DNA from: a bacterium
GTDB taxonomy: Bacteria; Hinthialibacterota; Hinthialibacteria; Hinthialibacterales; Hinthialibacteraceae
DNA length: 64,000 nt
Assembly (NCBI GenBank): GCA_963662285.2
Contig: CAXXMV010000002.1
Coordinates: 1,536,001-1,600,000, forward strand
Reading direction: 5' to 3'
Shown here: one piece after another, positions 21,397 to 31,798 of the stretch
Position numbering within the stretch: position 1 is the first letter of the stretch
How the letters are laid out: every line of letters begins with the position of its first letter
Program-made: the position numbers and the translations under genes
The notes under the pieces: model-generated
Told to the model about the DNA's origin: nothing
Databases searched by the model: none
What the model saw: only the letters and a program-made list of their open reading frames with translations

Positions 21397-22205
21397 AGTA
21401 GTTGTTAATGTTAATTGCGTATAAAACGTTATTGCAAAGTTATATATTGCATTAATTTATATCAATAACGGCATTCCTTGCTATATAATTTCATTGTAAT
21501 TTTTGTAAATGACATTTATGTCAGTATTTAAAGTAATTTCTTGTCAAAAATGTCATTAATTAAATTATAAGCAATTTTTATTGAAATTAAAAAGATGATT
21601 ACCTATGTTTTATAGATGTTTTTTTATCTATTATGTCATTGATAACATTTGATTTGCATTATCGTTAACTTCCATCAACGTTTTTTAATAGGTATTTTTT
21701 ATGATTGGTATATTGATTGCTATATATTAAATTGTACGTTGTATTGAACACCATTGATTTTGCATCCAATCACATCATGATATTTTCATCCAGTACGACA
21801 ACTATGTTTTCATCGTTGCATGGCATCGTGTTTAACATGCAAGAGTAATTTGTTTAGAGAACGCACCATTGCATTTCATCTTTTGTCTTCTCCTATACAG
21901 CGTGCGACATTGGGGTAAGAAGGAATACACCGAGGCGGCAGCATTTTCGTTTTCTTTCAGCATTGTCCATCAGCATAGTTTGAAAGCGTATGATTACATT
22001 ATAAGGTTCTAGACCTAGGTTTTTTTTTCACCAAAGTTGAATAAACACACCCGGTATTGCATCATTTCATCAAGGCTATACAACTCAGTGAGTCATCACA
22101 TCTTTGGTTATCAGGTGAGTTTCACAAGCGGTTAGTTCAGCAAAAGCACTTTTTCAACAATTCGCCCGTACCTTTATCTAGCCTGTATAATATTTCCTCT
22201 TACTC

Positions 22206-22233
22206 AAAAAGGCTCTCGCAAGAGAGCCTTTTT
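22206..22233. terminator. Bidirectional intrinsic terminator
   Basis: AAAAAGGCTCTC-GCAA-GAGAGCCTTTTT. Confidence 0.85.
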
Positions 22234-22305
22234 CATTGTTTAAATAAATGGTTAATTCATGTTTTTATGGAATAGTTTTGTGGATGATAGGGCATTGGTT
22301 TTGTT

Positions 22306-24084
22306 TTAGATAGCGGCGGGCAAGTGTATTGAGAAGGTTGAGCCTGAGCCGTATTCACTGGTAACGGTGACATATCCCCCATGAGTTTGGGTGATGTGTT
22401 TTACAATGGCTAATCCCAGGCCGGTGCCGCCAAGTTTGCGGCTGCGGGCTTTATCTACTCGATAGAAACGTTCAAATATTCGCGGTAGATGCTCTTCCAT
22501 TATACCGCATCCCCAATCCTGGACGTTGATTGATATCAGGTCATTTTTACATGTAACTTCGATTTGGATCTGGCTGCCGGATTCGCTGTATTTCACTGCG
22601 TTATCAATCAAGTTCACAACCGCCTGTTCAAGCAAAGGAGGATTAATATTGGCGATAATATCCTCTTGGTTAACGATTATGATGTTAATATTCTTCTCTT
22701 GCGAATTGTTCTTGCAGCATTCAATAGCAGATTGAATTAAATTATTGATAGAAGAATGTTCTTTGGGAATGCTATCTTGTTCTTTGCCCTGTTCCACGCG
22801 GGAAAGGCTGAGAAGGTCTTCAATAATGGCATTTAAGCGGTCAGTTTGTCTGGCGATGATGCCCAGAAAACGCATGGCGTCATCGCGGTCGTCCAGAGCG
22901 CCTTCCATTAGCGTTTCGACGAAGCCTTTGATGGAAGTGATCGGCGTTTTGAGTTCATGTGATACATTGGCGACGAAGTCACGTCGTAGGTTTTCCAACC
23001 GTCGGACGGTAGTTACGTCATGAAGCACGATTACCGAACCGATTTGAGCGCCGTTGGAATCCTGCATAGCAGCGCCATGCGCTTTCAAGAAACGGCGTTC
23101 CTGATTAGTTATAACAATTTCACCCTCAATTATTTCATGATTTAATAACGCTTGTTTAATTACCTGATATAGTTCGGGATTGGCGATCACTTCATCAATG
23201 CGCTTATTTGTAATATCATCGGATTTCACATCAAGCAGTTGAGCGGCGGCATAATTAAGGCTGATCAGTCTATTGTCTTTGTCAACGGCGATGACGCCTT
23301 CAACCATACTGGCGAAAATTGCTTCCTGTTGTTTACGTTGGTGGTTGATGGTTTTGATGCGGGCGTCAAGCTGTTCGGCCATGTAGTTCATGGCCTTGGC
23401 CAGGTGGCTTATTTCTTCCGAGTTAGAAACATTGAGGCGCATAGAAAAGTCGCCGCGGGCAAAGCGGTCGGCGACTTGTTTCATTTTATGAAGCGGCTGA
23501 CTGATGCGGTGCGAAACAAATAAGCATATCAATGCAGCGATCAATGCAACTACTACGCCTACTATTACTATATTGAAATAGACAATTCCTAAGGTATATT
23601 CTATGGCGCTGGTAGAAATAGAGGTTCGAATAACTGCTGAAACATTGCGGTTATGGTCGGAAAGCGGAATGGCGATGTACATCATGCTTTTACTAAGGGT
23701 ATTGCTGTATCGAATCGATTTACCCAGGGCGCCATTCAGCGCCTTTTGAATTTCCGGGCGTTTTAGATGGTTTTCCATTTCCAGAGGATTTTCATCAGAT
23801 TCACCTATCACTTCTCCAGAGGGAAGTACGATTGTTATACGGCATTTCATGACCTGAGCCAATTTCTTGCACAGTGTGTCTATCTTGCTAACTTCTATAT
23901 CAAGATTATCTTCCAGCATACGGTTTTCAACAGTTCGCGCCCGGGTTTTCAGTTCTTCTTCGAGGGTTCCCAAATAGAATCCTCTTAATTCCCGTGTGGA
24001 ATACCAGGTAATTGCGATCAGTGATAATAACGTGATAACTAGATATGAAGGATATAGTTGCCAGATTAGTCGTTTTTGGGACAC
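22306..24084 (-). CDS. phoR: Phosphate regulon sensor histidine kinase (HAMP-PAS-HisKA-HATPase)
   Basis: MENHLKRPEI periplasmic motif, RRDFVANVSHELKTPITSIKG, RIFERFYRVDKARSRKLGGTGLGLAIVKH. Confidence 0.9.
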   Translation of the reverse strand: MSQKRLIWQLYPSYLVITLLSLIAITWYSTRELRGFYLGTLEEELKTRARTVENRMLEDNLDIEVSKIDTLCKKLAQVMKCRITIVLPSGEVIGESDENPLEMENHLKRPEIQKALNGALGKSIRYSNTLSKSMMYIAIPLSDHNRNVSAVIRTSISTSAIEYTLGIVYFNIVIVGVVVALIAALICLFVSHRISQPLHKMKQVADRFARGDFSMRLNVSNSEEISHLAKAMNYMAEQLDARIKTINHQRKQQEAIFASMVEGVIAVDKDNRLISLNYAAAQLLDVKSDDITNKRIDEVIANPELYQVIKQALLNHEIIEGEIVITNQERRFLKAHGAAMQDSNGAQIGSVIVLHDVTTVRRLENLRRDFVANVSHELKTPITSIKGFVETLMEGALDDRDDAMRFLGIIARQTDRLNAIIEDLLSLSRVEQGKEQDSIPKEHSSINNLIQSAIECCKNNSQEKNINIIIVNQEDIIANINPPLLEQAVVNLIDNAVKYSESGSQIQIEVTCKNDLISINVQDWGCGIMEEHLPRIFERFYRVDKARSRKLGGTGLGLAIVKHITQTHGGYVTVTSEYGSGSTFSIHLPAAI

Positions 24085-24249
24085 AATAGGTTCTTTTTTT
24101 TATGTTTTTGGTATGACTGATGAGTCGGTAAAAAGTGAATGAAAGACGAAACTCAAGTTATATCTTGTATATAAGTAAATTAATATCCGCAAATTATTAT
24201 TGAGGTCATAAAACAAGTTTTGGATTTTTTACTGTTTCGTCATAACTGG

Positions 24250-24936
24250 TTAATCCTTAAATCGATAGCCGACGCCACGGACTGTTTCAATATACTCTCC
24301 ACAAGCGCCCAGTTTCTTACGTAATCCAACCACTTGAACATCTACCGAGCGTTCTGTGACCGGGTAATCATCACCGTGAACGGCGTCGATAATTTGATTT
24401 CTGGTGAAAACCCAACCTGGTCTTTTGATCAGGAAATGAAGGATGCGGTATTCCGTCAATGTCAGGTCGAGTAATTGTTCGTTGATTGATACTTCATGAC
24501 GTCCGGGATGAATAAATATCTCATGCAGTTTGATGTATTTGGTTTCATCGATGGCGCCAGCCGTATTACGTCTGATAACGGCTTTGATTCTGGCTTTGAG
24601 GATGTTGGGGCTGAATGGTTTGGTGATGTAATCGTCCGCTCCCATTTCTAGTCCTCTAACTACATCGGATTCTTCGCCTTTTGCGGTCAGCATCACAATC
24701 GGGATAGAGTTGGTTGATGCATCCTGCTTAAGAAAATGGCAGATTTGCAAACCGTCTATTCCAGGAAGCATGAGGTCTAACACGATCAAGTCGGGAGACA
24801 TGGTTTTCGCCAGTTCCAAGGCATTCTCACCGGAAGTAACGCATGTGACTTTATAACCTACTTTTACCAGGTTGTATTCAACTAAACAAAGAATATCTTC
24901 CTCATCATCGACAACCAGGATGTTTTCGTGAGCCAT
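24250..24936 (-). CDS. phoB: OmpR-family response regulator PhoB/PhoP
   Basis: ILVVDDE, LDLMLPGIDG, MLTAKGEESD, GADDYITKPFS, IETVRGVGYRF; adjacent to phoR. Confidence 0.88.
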   Translation of the reverse strand: MAHENILVVDDEEDILCLVEYNLVKVGYKVTCVTSGENALELAKTMSPDLIVLDLMLPGIDGLQICHFLKQDASTNSIPIVMLTAKGEESDVVRGLEMGADDYITKPFSPNILKARIKAVIRRNTAGAIDETKYIKLHEIFIHPGRHEVSINEQLLDLTLTEYRILHFLIKRPGWVFTRNQIIDAVHGDDYPVTERSVDVQVVGLRKKLGACGEYIETVRGVGYRFKD

Positions 24937-24990
24937 TCTTCTCTCCTATGTATATTATTTTATGTTCAGGGTATTAATATACATAGTCCG

Positions 24991-25019
24991 TATTAGCGTT
25001 ATGTTAGGGAATTGTTAAT
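24991..25019 (-). promoter_or_regulatory. Putative Pho box upstream of phoB
   Basis: Minus strand reads TTAACA-N5-CTAACA-N5-CTAATA, an 11-bp periodicity resembling the PhoP-type TT(A/T/C)ACA box. Confidence 0.55.
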
Positions 25020-25105
25020 ATATTATACTGATTCCAAAACTTTGTAATATATTACCTTTGATAAAGCAGGATTTTTGAAAAGAATTGATTGCATATCGCT
25101 CTAAA

Positions 25106-25138
25106 CAAAGGGTGAAGGATTATCTCCTTCACCCTTTG
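25106..25138 (-). terminator. Hairpin/terminator after the oxidoreductase gene
   Basis: CAAAGGGTGAAGGA-TTATC-TCCTTCACCCTTTG. Confidence 0.7.
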
Positions 25139-25174
25139 AGCATCTGATTATTAAGTGGTTGTTATAGAAATGCT

Positions 25175-26548
25175 CTATACCAGTTTCCAGCCCTTCCGGT
25201 ATTCACGCCGGATAAGGGGATCTGCTTCCGGGGCATTGGTTGCTTTCATCTGCTTCTCGTCCCACTCCAGTTTCTTTCCAACGCGGTAGGCCACATTACC
25301 CAAGTGGTTGGCTTCGGTCAGCCATCCGGCGTATTCGAAGTTGCAGGTGGTGGGTGCGCCAGTCTTGCATGCGTGAATCCATTCGGCGTGATGACCTAAT
25401 GATTTAGGGATGAACTGATCGGGACGCTTGAAATCTTTGAACTTATCTTCGGGCAGCAGCATGTGTTTGCCGTAGTCCGCCAAGAGCATGCCTTTGTCGC
25501 CTATGAAAAGTACTGCGCTGTCCCATTTGGGAATGGCGCCATCTTTCCAGATTTTGGGCTTATTGGTTCCCTGGTACCAGGTGAGTTCCAGAGGCGGCAT
25601 GTCGCCCCGTGCGCCGTAGGTGTACTTGGCTTGCATGGAAGCCGGGGCGATTTCGGCGTTAACCGGAGGGCCTTCCGCTTCGATGGTCAATGGGTGATCC
25701 AGTTTCAACGCCCAGAAGGGTAAGTCGATCCAGTGGCTGCCGAGGTCTGACATGGTGCCATTGCCGAAATCCCACCAGCGGTACCACTTGGGTCCTGGAA
25801 AATATACATTATTGAAAGGACGCATCGGCGCCGGGCCTATCCACATATCCCAGTCTAATCCGGCTGGGATTGGATCTACGGTTTTGGGGCGCTCCTGAAC
25901 GAAAACAATATCATTGGCTTTTTTACAATCGGCCTCAGAGGCATGCCAGCCCCAGGCGCGTGATACCCAGACATGAGTTTCGCTTACTGATCCGATGGCG
26001 CCGGACTGGATCAACTCAACCACCCGGCGGTAGTTATCGCCAGCGTGAATCTGGGTTCCCATCTGGGTGGCTACTTTCGCTTTATTGGCAGCTTCGCGGA
26101 TTATGCGCGCTTCCCACACGCTGTGGGTCAGAGGCTTCTCGCAATATACATGCTTGCCCAGTTGCAGCGCTGGTAGCGTGGCGAATGCGTGGGTGTGTTC
26201 GCAGGTGCTTACAACTACCGCGTCGAATTCTTTTTCATGATCATAAAGTTTATGGAAATCGTTCACCTGCCGGGCTTTGGGATGCTTGGCAGCAGCTGCA
26301 TCCAGGCCTTTTTGGTTTACATCGCTTAAGGCAACGATGTTCTCTGAACTTACTGATCCTAAATTGCTTCCCCCGCGACCTCCCGCGCCGATGATGGCGA
26401 TGTTGAGGCGGTCGTTCAGGTTACTGGCGCGTGCAATATATGGCGCCCCCAGCGTCACTGAACCAGCCGCAACAGCCGTTGCGCCCAAGAAATGCCGCCT
26501 GGTGATGGAGAGATTTTTGTTTTTTGAATTAGAGCGATTCTTCTGCAT
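25175..26548 (-). CDS. Tat-exported Gfo/Idh/MocA family oxidoreductase
   Basis: TRRHFLG Tat motif; [35 protein letters not shown]. Confidence 0.92.
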   Translation of the reverse strand: MQKNRSNSKNKNLSITRRHFLGATAVAAGSVTLGAPYIARASNLNDRLNIAIIGAGGRGGSNLGSVSSENIVALSDVNQKGLDAAAAKHPKARQVNDFHKLYDHEKEFDAVVVSTCEHTHAFATLPALQLGKHVYCEKPLTHSVWEARIIREAANKAKVATQMGTQIHAGDNYRRVVELIQSGAIGSVSETHVWVSRAWGWHASEADCKKANDIVFVQERPKTVDPIPAGLDWDMWIGPAPMRPFNNVYFPGPKWYRWWDFGNGTMSDLGSHWIDLPFWALKLDHPLTIEAEGPPVNAEIAPASMQAKYTYGARGDMPPLELTWYQGTNKPKIWKDGAIPKWDSAVLFIGDKGMLLADYGKHMLLPEDKFKDFKRPDQFIPKSLGHHAEWIHACKTGAPTTCNFEYAGWLTEANHLGNVAYRVGKKLEWDEKQMKATNAPEADPLIRREYRKGWKLV

Positions 26549-26647
26549 GGTTGCGATATCCTTTCGCGATTAAGTGAATCTATTTAAGCAGTATTAACTT
26601 GAAAAATCAAAAAATTTGTACGGTTTAACGGTTGATTCTCTTTATGC

Positions 26648-28612
26648 TTATTTAATCGATTCGATCCATAATTGATGAATCTTTTGTTTCTTCCCGTCTT
26701 GTGAGGCGCCGTATTCCTCCATTAATTTAACGAATCCATTATAGACTCTTTGGGCTGTATCGTGATAACTTTGATCAGCCGCGATTTGAGATTTTTCCGG
26801 CAATGGCGCCAGGTTTAACTTGGAACGTTCGGTGATAACGTTGAAGCATTTAATCCCCAAACGGCAATGCGCCGCCTCGTAACTCTTATCAAGTTGATTC
26901 TTTTTCAGCGCCTGATGCATCTTGAGCAGTTTTTCGCCATTAGCGCTTAAATTTGAACTAGATAGCGAACTTTTCTTAACCTTTTTATCAGGAATATCTC
27001 CTACTCCATCACCCAATGAAATATGGATATCAGAACGGGGTGAAAGGCTCTCATAAGGCAGTTTCACAGATTTTGCGTCAAAATTTGCCCATGATTTTCC
27101 GTTGATGGTGACTTTGCTGATATCGCCTGAGCCGCTGGTGGATAGATAGAGTTGTTTTTCGCCTGTCCGTATGGGGAATTTTTGCTGGAATTGTTTTATG
27201 GCGTTTGGTATATGGGGAATCAGTTTAACGCCTTCGGCGTTATAAATGTATTCAAACAAACCGCGAATTATGGCCGCCGAAGGACCAAATGTATCGTAAC
27301 ATAAGTTGATCGGCTCCTTGGGTTGGTATACCTTGGCGCCAAAATCAACCAGCGGATTATCCATGCGGAACTGGCGGGCGAAAGTCAGCAGATGCTTCAT
27401 AGAGCGGCGGTTATCTTCATATTTGCCGAGACGGCTGTAGCCCATCATCATCCGCGCTTCGCATGTGGACCAATGTCCTCCATTAACCCATGTTCCGAAA
27501 CTCCACAACCAGTTTCCGGTTGGATTGATATACATATCATCCAGTCCGGGGTAATTGGCGATGATGAAATCATGGGGGCGGAGTCCGGGGATGGACTTGA
27601 TTTTTTGATAGATTTTTTCGGCCTGCGCGTCGTCAACAACGCGGAAAGCGATGGCGTCGTGATTGGGCGAGGCTTCGAAATAACCATGTTTATCAGCCCC
27701 ATAAACGCCATGACGGGTTCCATTGGGATCAATGGATTTTACAAAATAACCGTCTTTGGTCATAAGAGATGGTAAGCCTTGTTTGGCTAATTCACGCCGT
27801 TTTGAGTAGAGTTCGATTTTATCTGTTCTACTCAGCATTTTTTCCAACTCAATTAAACGATCCAAAGCGGCGATGGTGGTGATGGAAAGACCAGCCAGGT
27901 AGGCTTGGGCGAATGTCCCATCCTCTTTCTTATATCCCGCATAACTGGGCGCCAGAAGGTTGCTGGCCGGACCGCCGAGAAACAGGTTGTTTTCCGGGTC
28001 TCTGCGGGTTTCAAGGAAATTGGCGCAGCGTTCCAACTTGGGCAGGTACAGGGCTATGGCTTCTTTATCGCGGCTGACCAATAGCAACTCCGCTTGCATT
28101 AGTAAACCAGCGGCGGTAAATTCCATGCCCCAGTCGTGTATATCCGTACGTCCGTCGCCTTGTTTGGCGATGAAATCATTGGGACGGGCGGCGTCGCATA
28201 GGGAGCCATCCGGTGGAATCCACTTAAAATCCCGGTGGGGCCTAACCGTATGGCCATCGCCCATCTGACTGAACCAGAGGTCTTGCGAGTTCTGTAGAAA
28301 TGTTATAAATGGCTCCTGAAGAAAAGGAAGAGAGCAGTAAGTGGTTCCATAACTATTTTGAATCCACCATGCATCCCAGGTCGGGCCTTCCACCAGGCCG
28401 TTCCAGGACGGGGTGTACATCATCGACATGTTCTGGAACTCAGGATCGGGTTCAAACATGCGCCGGGCGATATCCAGCAACTCAAGATATTCCACGTCGC
28501 CTTCGCCGGAAAAGTATTGCCCATCAAATGATTGCGCTTGAGCGTATCCAACAGTGATAGCAATAGACAGTATGAACAGGCTAATACAAAAACAATAGAT
28601 AAATCGTTTCAT
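26648..28612 (-). CDS. Secreted protein, probable six-hairpin glycosidase-like fold
   Basis: Signal peptide; aromatic/acidic motifs (HDWGMEF, WVNGGHW) and helical core; family not pinned down. Confidence 0.5.
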   Translation of the reverse strand: MKRFIYCFCISLFILSIAITVGYAQAQSFDGQYFSGEGDVEYLELLDIARRMFEPDPEFQNMSMMYTPSWNGLVEGPTWDAWWIQNSYGTTYCSLPFLQEPFITFLQNSQDLWFSQMGDGHTVRPHRDFKWIPPDGSLCDAARPNDFIAKQGDGRTDIHDWGMEFTAAGLLMQAELLLVSRDKEAIALYLPKLERCANFLETRRDPENNLFLGGPASNLLAPSYAGYKKEDGTFAQAYLAGLSITTIAALDRLIELEKMLSRTDKIELYSKRRELAKQGLPSLMTKDGYFVKSIDPNGTRHGVYGADKHGYFEASPNHDAIAFRVVDDAQAEKIYQKIKSIPGLRPHDFIIANYPGLDDMYINPTGNWLWSFGTWVNGGHWSTCEARMMMGYSRLGKYEDNRRSMKHLLTFARQFRMDNPLVDFGAKVYQPKEPINLCYDTFGPSAAIIRGLFEYIYNAEGVKLIPHIPNAIKQFQQKFPIRTGEKQLYLSTSGSGDISKVTINGKSWANFDAKSVKLPYESLSPRSDIHISLGDGVGDIPDKKVKKSSLSSSNLSANGEKLLKMHQALKKNQLDKSYEAAHCRLGIKCFNVITERSKLNLAPLPEKSQIAADQSYHDTAQRVYNGFVKLMEEYGASQDGKKQKIHQLWIESIK

Positions 28613-28830
28613 TGTTTATCTCCCCATTTATGAAATATGTACTAACCTATCATGTAACGATTTGATTTTGTAGTACTGCGTCCATCAGTGAAGCTGATGG
28701 TATAGAGGAGGATGGTGGGGATAAAGATGACAGACTCTTCGGCTTTGAGGTTAATCGGTGTAATCTTATATGTGAAATGTGATGAATGGATTACTTGACG
28801 TATGGTTTGATATGATGAGGTCGCCCTATT

Positions 28831-29079
28831 TTGATAGATAAACAAATTCAAGAAATGTTGGATAAAGCCTGTAAACTTTTTAATCGAATACAAAATGCAT
28901 TAGAACGAGAGAGGAAGATATCTCTCGATTTAACGGAATGCGTTTATGTTTTGCAACAAATGAAAATATCCGTTATTTATCGTATAAAAGATAGTAGATA
29001 TTCGAAAGAAGACCTTGCCGCGATTAATGAAATCAGCCTTATGGCGATGAATGCAGAGAATATAATTAAAGAATTATAG
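28831..29079 (+). CDS. Small hypothetical protein
   Basis: 82-aa helical-looking ORF with GAGGT upstream; no family recognised. Confidence 0.4.
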   Translation: MIDKQIQEMLDKACKLFNRIQNALERERKISLDLTECVYVLQQMKISVIYRIKDSRYSKEDLAAINEISLMAMNAENIIKEL

Positions 29080-29263
29080 AGTATTTTTCATGACATAGTT
29101 CTATTTCACGATTCGAAAAAGCCGGAAAAGACCGGCTTCAGAAACGTTTGATCTGTCAGGAATCTCAAATCTGATTGATTAGTCGAAATGTAATCCCACT
29201 CTAACTCCCCCAAACCTGGGGGGATAATTTGTCGCGTCATACAGCTAAACTTTTACCGTTATC

Positions 29264-30328
29264 TTAATCTATGCATGAGTATTTTTTCTCAGGAACCATG
29301 GCATGTCCCCAGCCTAGCAGTTCTTCATTTTTTAAGCCCTTTTTCATCTTCAAGAAGCCTGTTTCTACCAAAGCGCCAATATGGAAATAGACCGCATCAA
29401 CGTCTGAAGCAGGATTATCGGGATAATGACTGAAACCTCCATCCGGTTTTCTGCACTGCAATATCCACTTGTTGGCTTTGTTATAAACCTTTTTCAGTCG
29501 TGGATCATTCGGGTCGCCCAATTGGCGCAGGATAAATAGTGCGTCGAAAGCAGCGTGGACATCCCAATCAGGTGGATGAAGATGCCAGGAACCGTCATCT
29601 TTTTGATCATTGATCACGCGGTCAACCATGGCTTGGGCTTTGGGGGTGGGCTGCCCGATGAGACGGAAATAATGAGCGGCGTGGAAAGTCGAAGCGACGT
29701 GATTTCTTAGATAGCCATCTTCCGTCTGTTCGCTCAATATCAATTGGCGCATTTTTTCATCAATCCGGGCGGGCATTTTTTCGCCTAAAGCATTGAAAAA
29801 ATGCGGAAAGAAACTGGTGGTGTAGAGCGGTAGTTCCTTGAATCCACTGCCCTGGAAAAAATGTTCGATAACCGGCATGGGGTCATACTTGGGTTTGGCG
29901 CCTAACAGGCGCAGAGTTACTAACCCCTGGACGGTATTATAAAGTTTGGCCAAAGGAGCATTTGGGTCTAAATCGCCGGTTACAGCGTAAAAGGCGCCAT
30001 CCGGTTTTTGCAGAGAGAGCATGAACTTTTTAGTTTTATCGGGGTAGGGAAGCGACCAACCGAAAGTCTGGCAAAGAATCGTGGCGTAGGTTGGCGCGGC
30101 TATGCCGGATAAAAAAGTATCCGAATTACCTTTATAATCTGGATCAATCCCCGGTCTGAACGAGCCGTCTTGGTCAGCCACCTGGTAGAGGAATGATTTT
30201 ACGCCCTCAAGAATTTTTGCCGGGCTTACATCCTCTGGATTTTGCGCACTTGAGGCCAGGGCGAAAGAATATGCGCCTGTACATAGAGCGCATTTTTTTA
30301 TGAATTGTCGGCGGTTTGCATGGATCAT
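29264..30328 (-). CDS. Tat-exported prenyltransferase/squalene-oxidase-repeat protein
   Basis: NRRQFIK; repeats LQKPDGAF, EQTEDGY, DQKDDGSW, CRKPDGGF. Confidence 0.8.
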   Translation of the reverse strand: MIHANRRQFIKKCALCTGAYSFALASSAQNPEDVSPAKILEGVKSFLYQVADQDGSFRPGIDPDYKGNSDTFLSGIAAPTYATILCQTFGWSLPYPDKTKKFMLSLQKPDGAFYAVTGDLDPNAPLAKLYNTVQGLVTLRLLGAKPKYDPMPVIEHFFQGSGFKELPLYTTSFFPHFFNALGEKMPARIDEKMRQLILSEQTEDGYLRNHVASTFHAAHYFRLIGQPTPKAQAMVDRVINDQKDDGSWHLHPPDWDVHAAFDALFILRQLGDPNDPRLKKVYNKANKWILQCRKPDGGFSHYPDNPASDVDAVYFHIGALVETGFLKMKKGLKNEELLGWGHAMVPEKKYSCID

Positions 30329-30452
30329 GATTAGACTTTACGCTGCTTAATATTTCGCAGTTTCCCCTTCATATTCATAATAACAAATAGAACAGTAGTG
30401 TGACCAATCCGTTTTGTCGGGAGTTGTTATTATTTACCCCTCACCCTACCCC

Positions 30453-30625
30453 CAATGTCATTAAGTTAAGGAATTTCGCCCCATCGTTGGTGGCTTAATC
30501 AAGGGCTGAGCGCAATGCGCTCTTGCCCTTGGCACCCATACAATGTCATTGATGACTTCAGTTATTGGAATATCCCTCTCTCCCGGTGCTGGAGAGGGGA
30601 CAAGACGGCTAACTTAATGACATTG
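30453..30625. mobile_element. Non-autonomous IS4-family-like MITE (173 bp) carrying a REP-like palindrome
   Basis: Perfect 16-bp TIRs CAATGTCATTAAGTTA / TAACTTAATGACATTG; flanking 10-bp near-duplication ACCCTACCCC / ACCCTAACCC. Confidence 0.8.
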
Positions 30626-30689
30626 ACCCTAACCCTCTCCCGGCGGGAGAGGGAATTTTGTTACCTGACATTATTTGTTGGACATAGTA

Positions 30690-31655
30690 CTAGTGAATTT
30701 CCCAGTGATCCACGGAGGTTACCAGGTCTGAATCGATTCCGGTTGCGAAGCCCATGCGATAAGCGCCGGTTGTTTCATGCTTCCCGGAACGCCACATTTT
30801 GAATTGTCCATTGCCATCATACACAACGCTGGGATGGTAGTTGCGATTACCGTTCCATGAATCGATTGGTCCGGCGCCGCCTACTACCCCGACCGGGTCT
30901 TCAATCACATCAAATTCTAATCCATCGGTAGAGCGCAGATATTGAATACCGGGAACATCATAAGCCCGGAAACCCCAGGCCCGGTAATCATTCTCGCTAA
31001 TCTGTATAACAGCGGTAATGTGTAGTCCATCATAGAAAACGGCGAAGTCGTACCATTGCCATGTGATTCCATCGTTAGATTCCATGATGGATGTCTCGGT
31101 TCCTGTTTTTACAAACATGCGGTATGGCGCCCCAGGGAAATCAGGGTTGTATAAAACTGCATGTCCGTCGGGAGAACTGAGAGATTGGCCTTCTTCGGTT
31201 GCGTCGGACATATCAAGGGCCTGGTTGTTTTCCCAGGCGACGCCGTCTTTGGATTCAGCAAATCTGACATGATCGCCCAAGTCGCCCCCACGTCCAAAAA
31301 AGTAGGCTTTGTATGGTGATTCCCAGCCAGTATTGTACAAAATGAAACCACGGCCTACTTGAAATTCTTCGAATTTAATGCCGGTGGTCAATGTCTCATT
31401 GACCCAGTTGACGCCGTCATCGGATTCAGCATAGGTGACCAAGTCAATGCTGCCCTGCTCGTACCATATCTGATATTTCTGCAAATCCGGATTCCAGATG
31501 ATATTCGCCATATACGAACGGTCGCCATCCGGCATGGGCATGTCCAGAGGATTGTCGGGATAATCGGTCCATACGATTTCGGCCTGTGATGGACAGATGT
31601 ATAATAGCGATAAACCTAATACAGCGATTCCTAAGACAAAACATTTTTTAATCAT
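30690..31655 (-). CDS. Secreted five-bladed beta-propeller glycoside-hydrolase-like protein with C-terminal sorting-like motif
   Basis: Signal peptide from MIKKCFVLG (RBS GGAGG); repeated YAESDDGVNW, FAESKDGVAW, ESNDGITW, RSTDGLEF; YHPSVVYD; ends VTSVDHWEIH. Confidence 0.65.
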   Translation of the reverse strand: MIKKCFVLGIAVLGLSLLYICPSQAEIVWTDYPDNPLDMPMPDGDRSYMANIIWNPDLQKYQIWYEQGSIDLVTYAESDDGVNWVNETLTTGIKFEEFQVGRGFILYNTGWESPYKAYFFGRGGDLGDHVRFAESKDGVAWENNQALDMSDATEEGQSLSSPDGHAVLYNPDFPGAPYRMFVKTGTETSIMESNDGITWQWYDFAVFYDGLHITAVIQISENDYRAWGFRAYDVPGIQYLRSTDGLEFDVIEDPVGVVGGAGPIDSWNGNRNYHPSVVYDGNGQFKMWRSGKHETTGAYRMGFATGIDSDLVTSVDHWEIH

Positions 31656-31798
31656 TGTGCATGTTCCTCCTGATGAATACAGAGTTTGAGATAAACGGAA
31701 TATTTCTACACGCTTTGTGTATGAATAAATCATTATCCCTCAAAAGGTTGCATCTTGTCAAACATGGCAAGGCATTATTTATTATTATTCGCAAAGAT

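Noticed and set aside
21490-21650. TGTCA/TGTAA repeats as Pho boxes
   Set aside because: Spacing is 9 bp rather than 11 bp, in very AT-rich DNA
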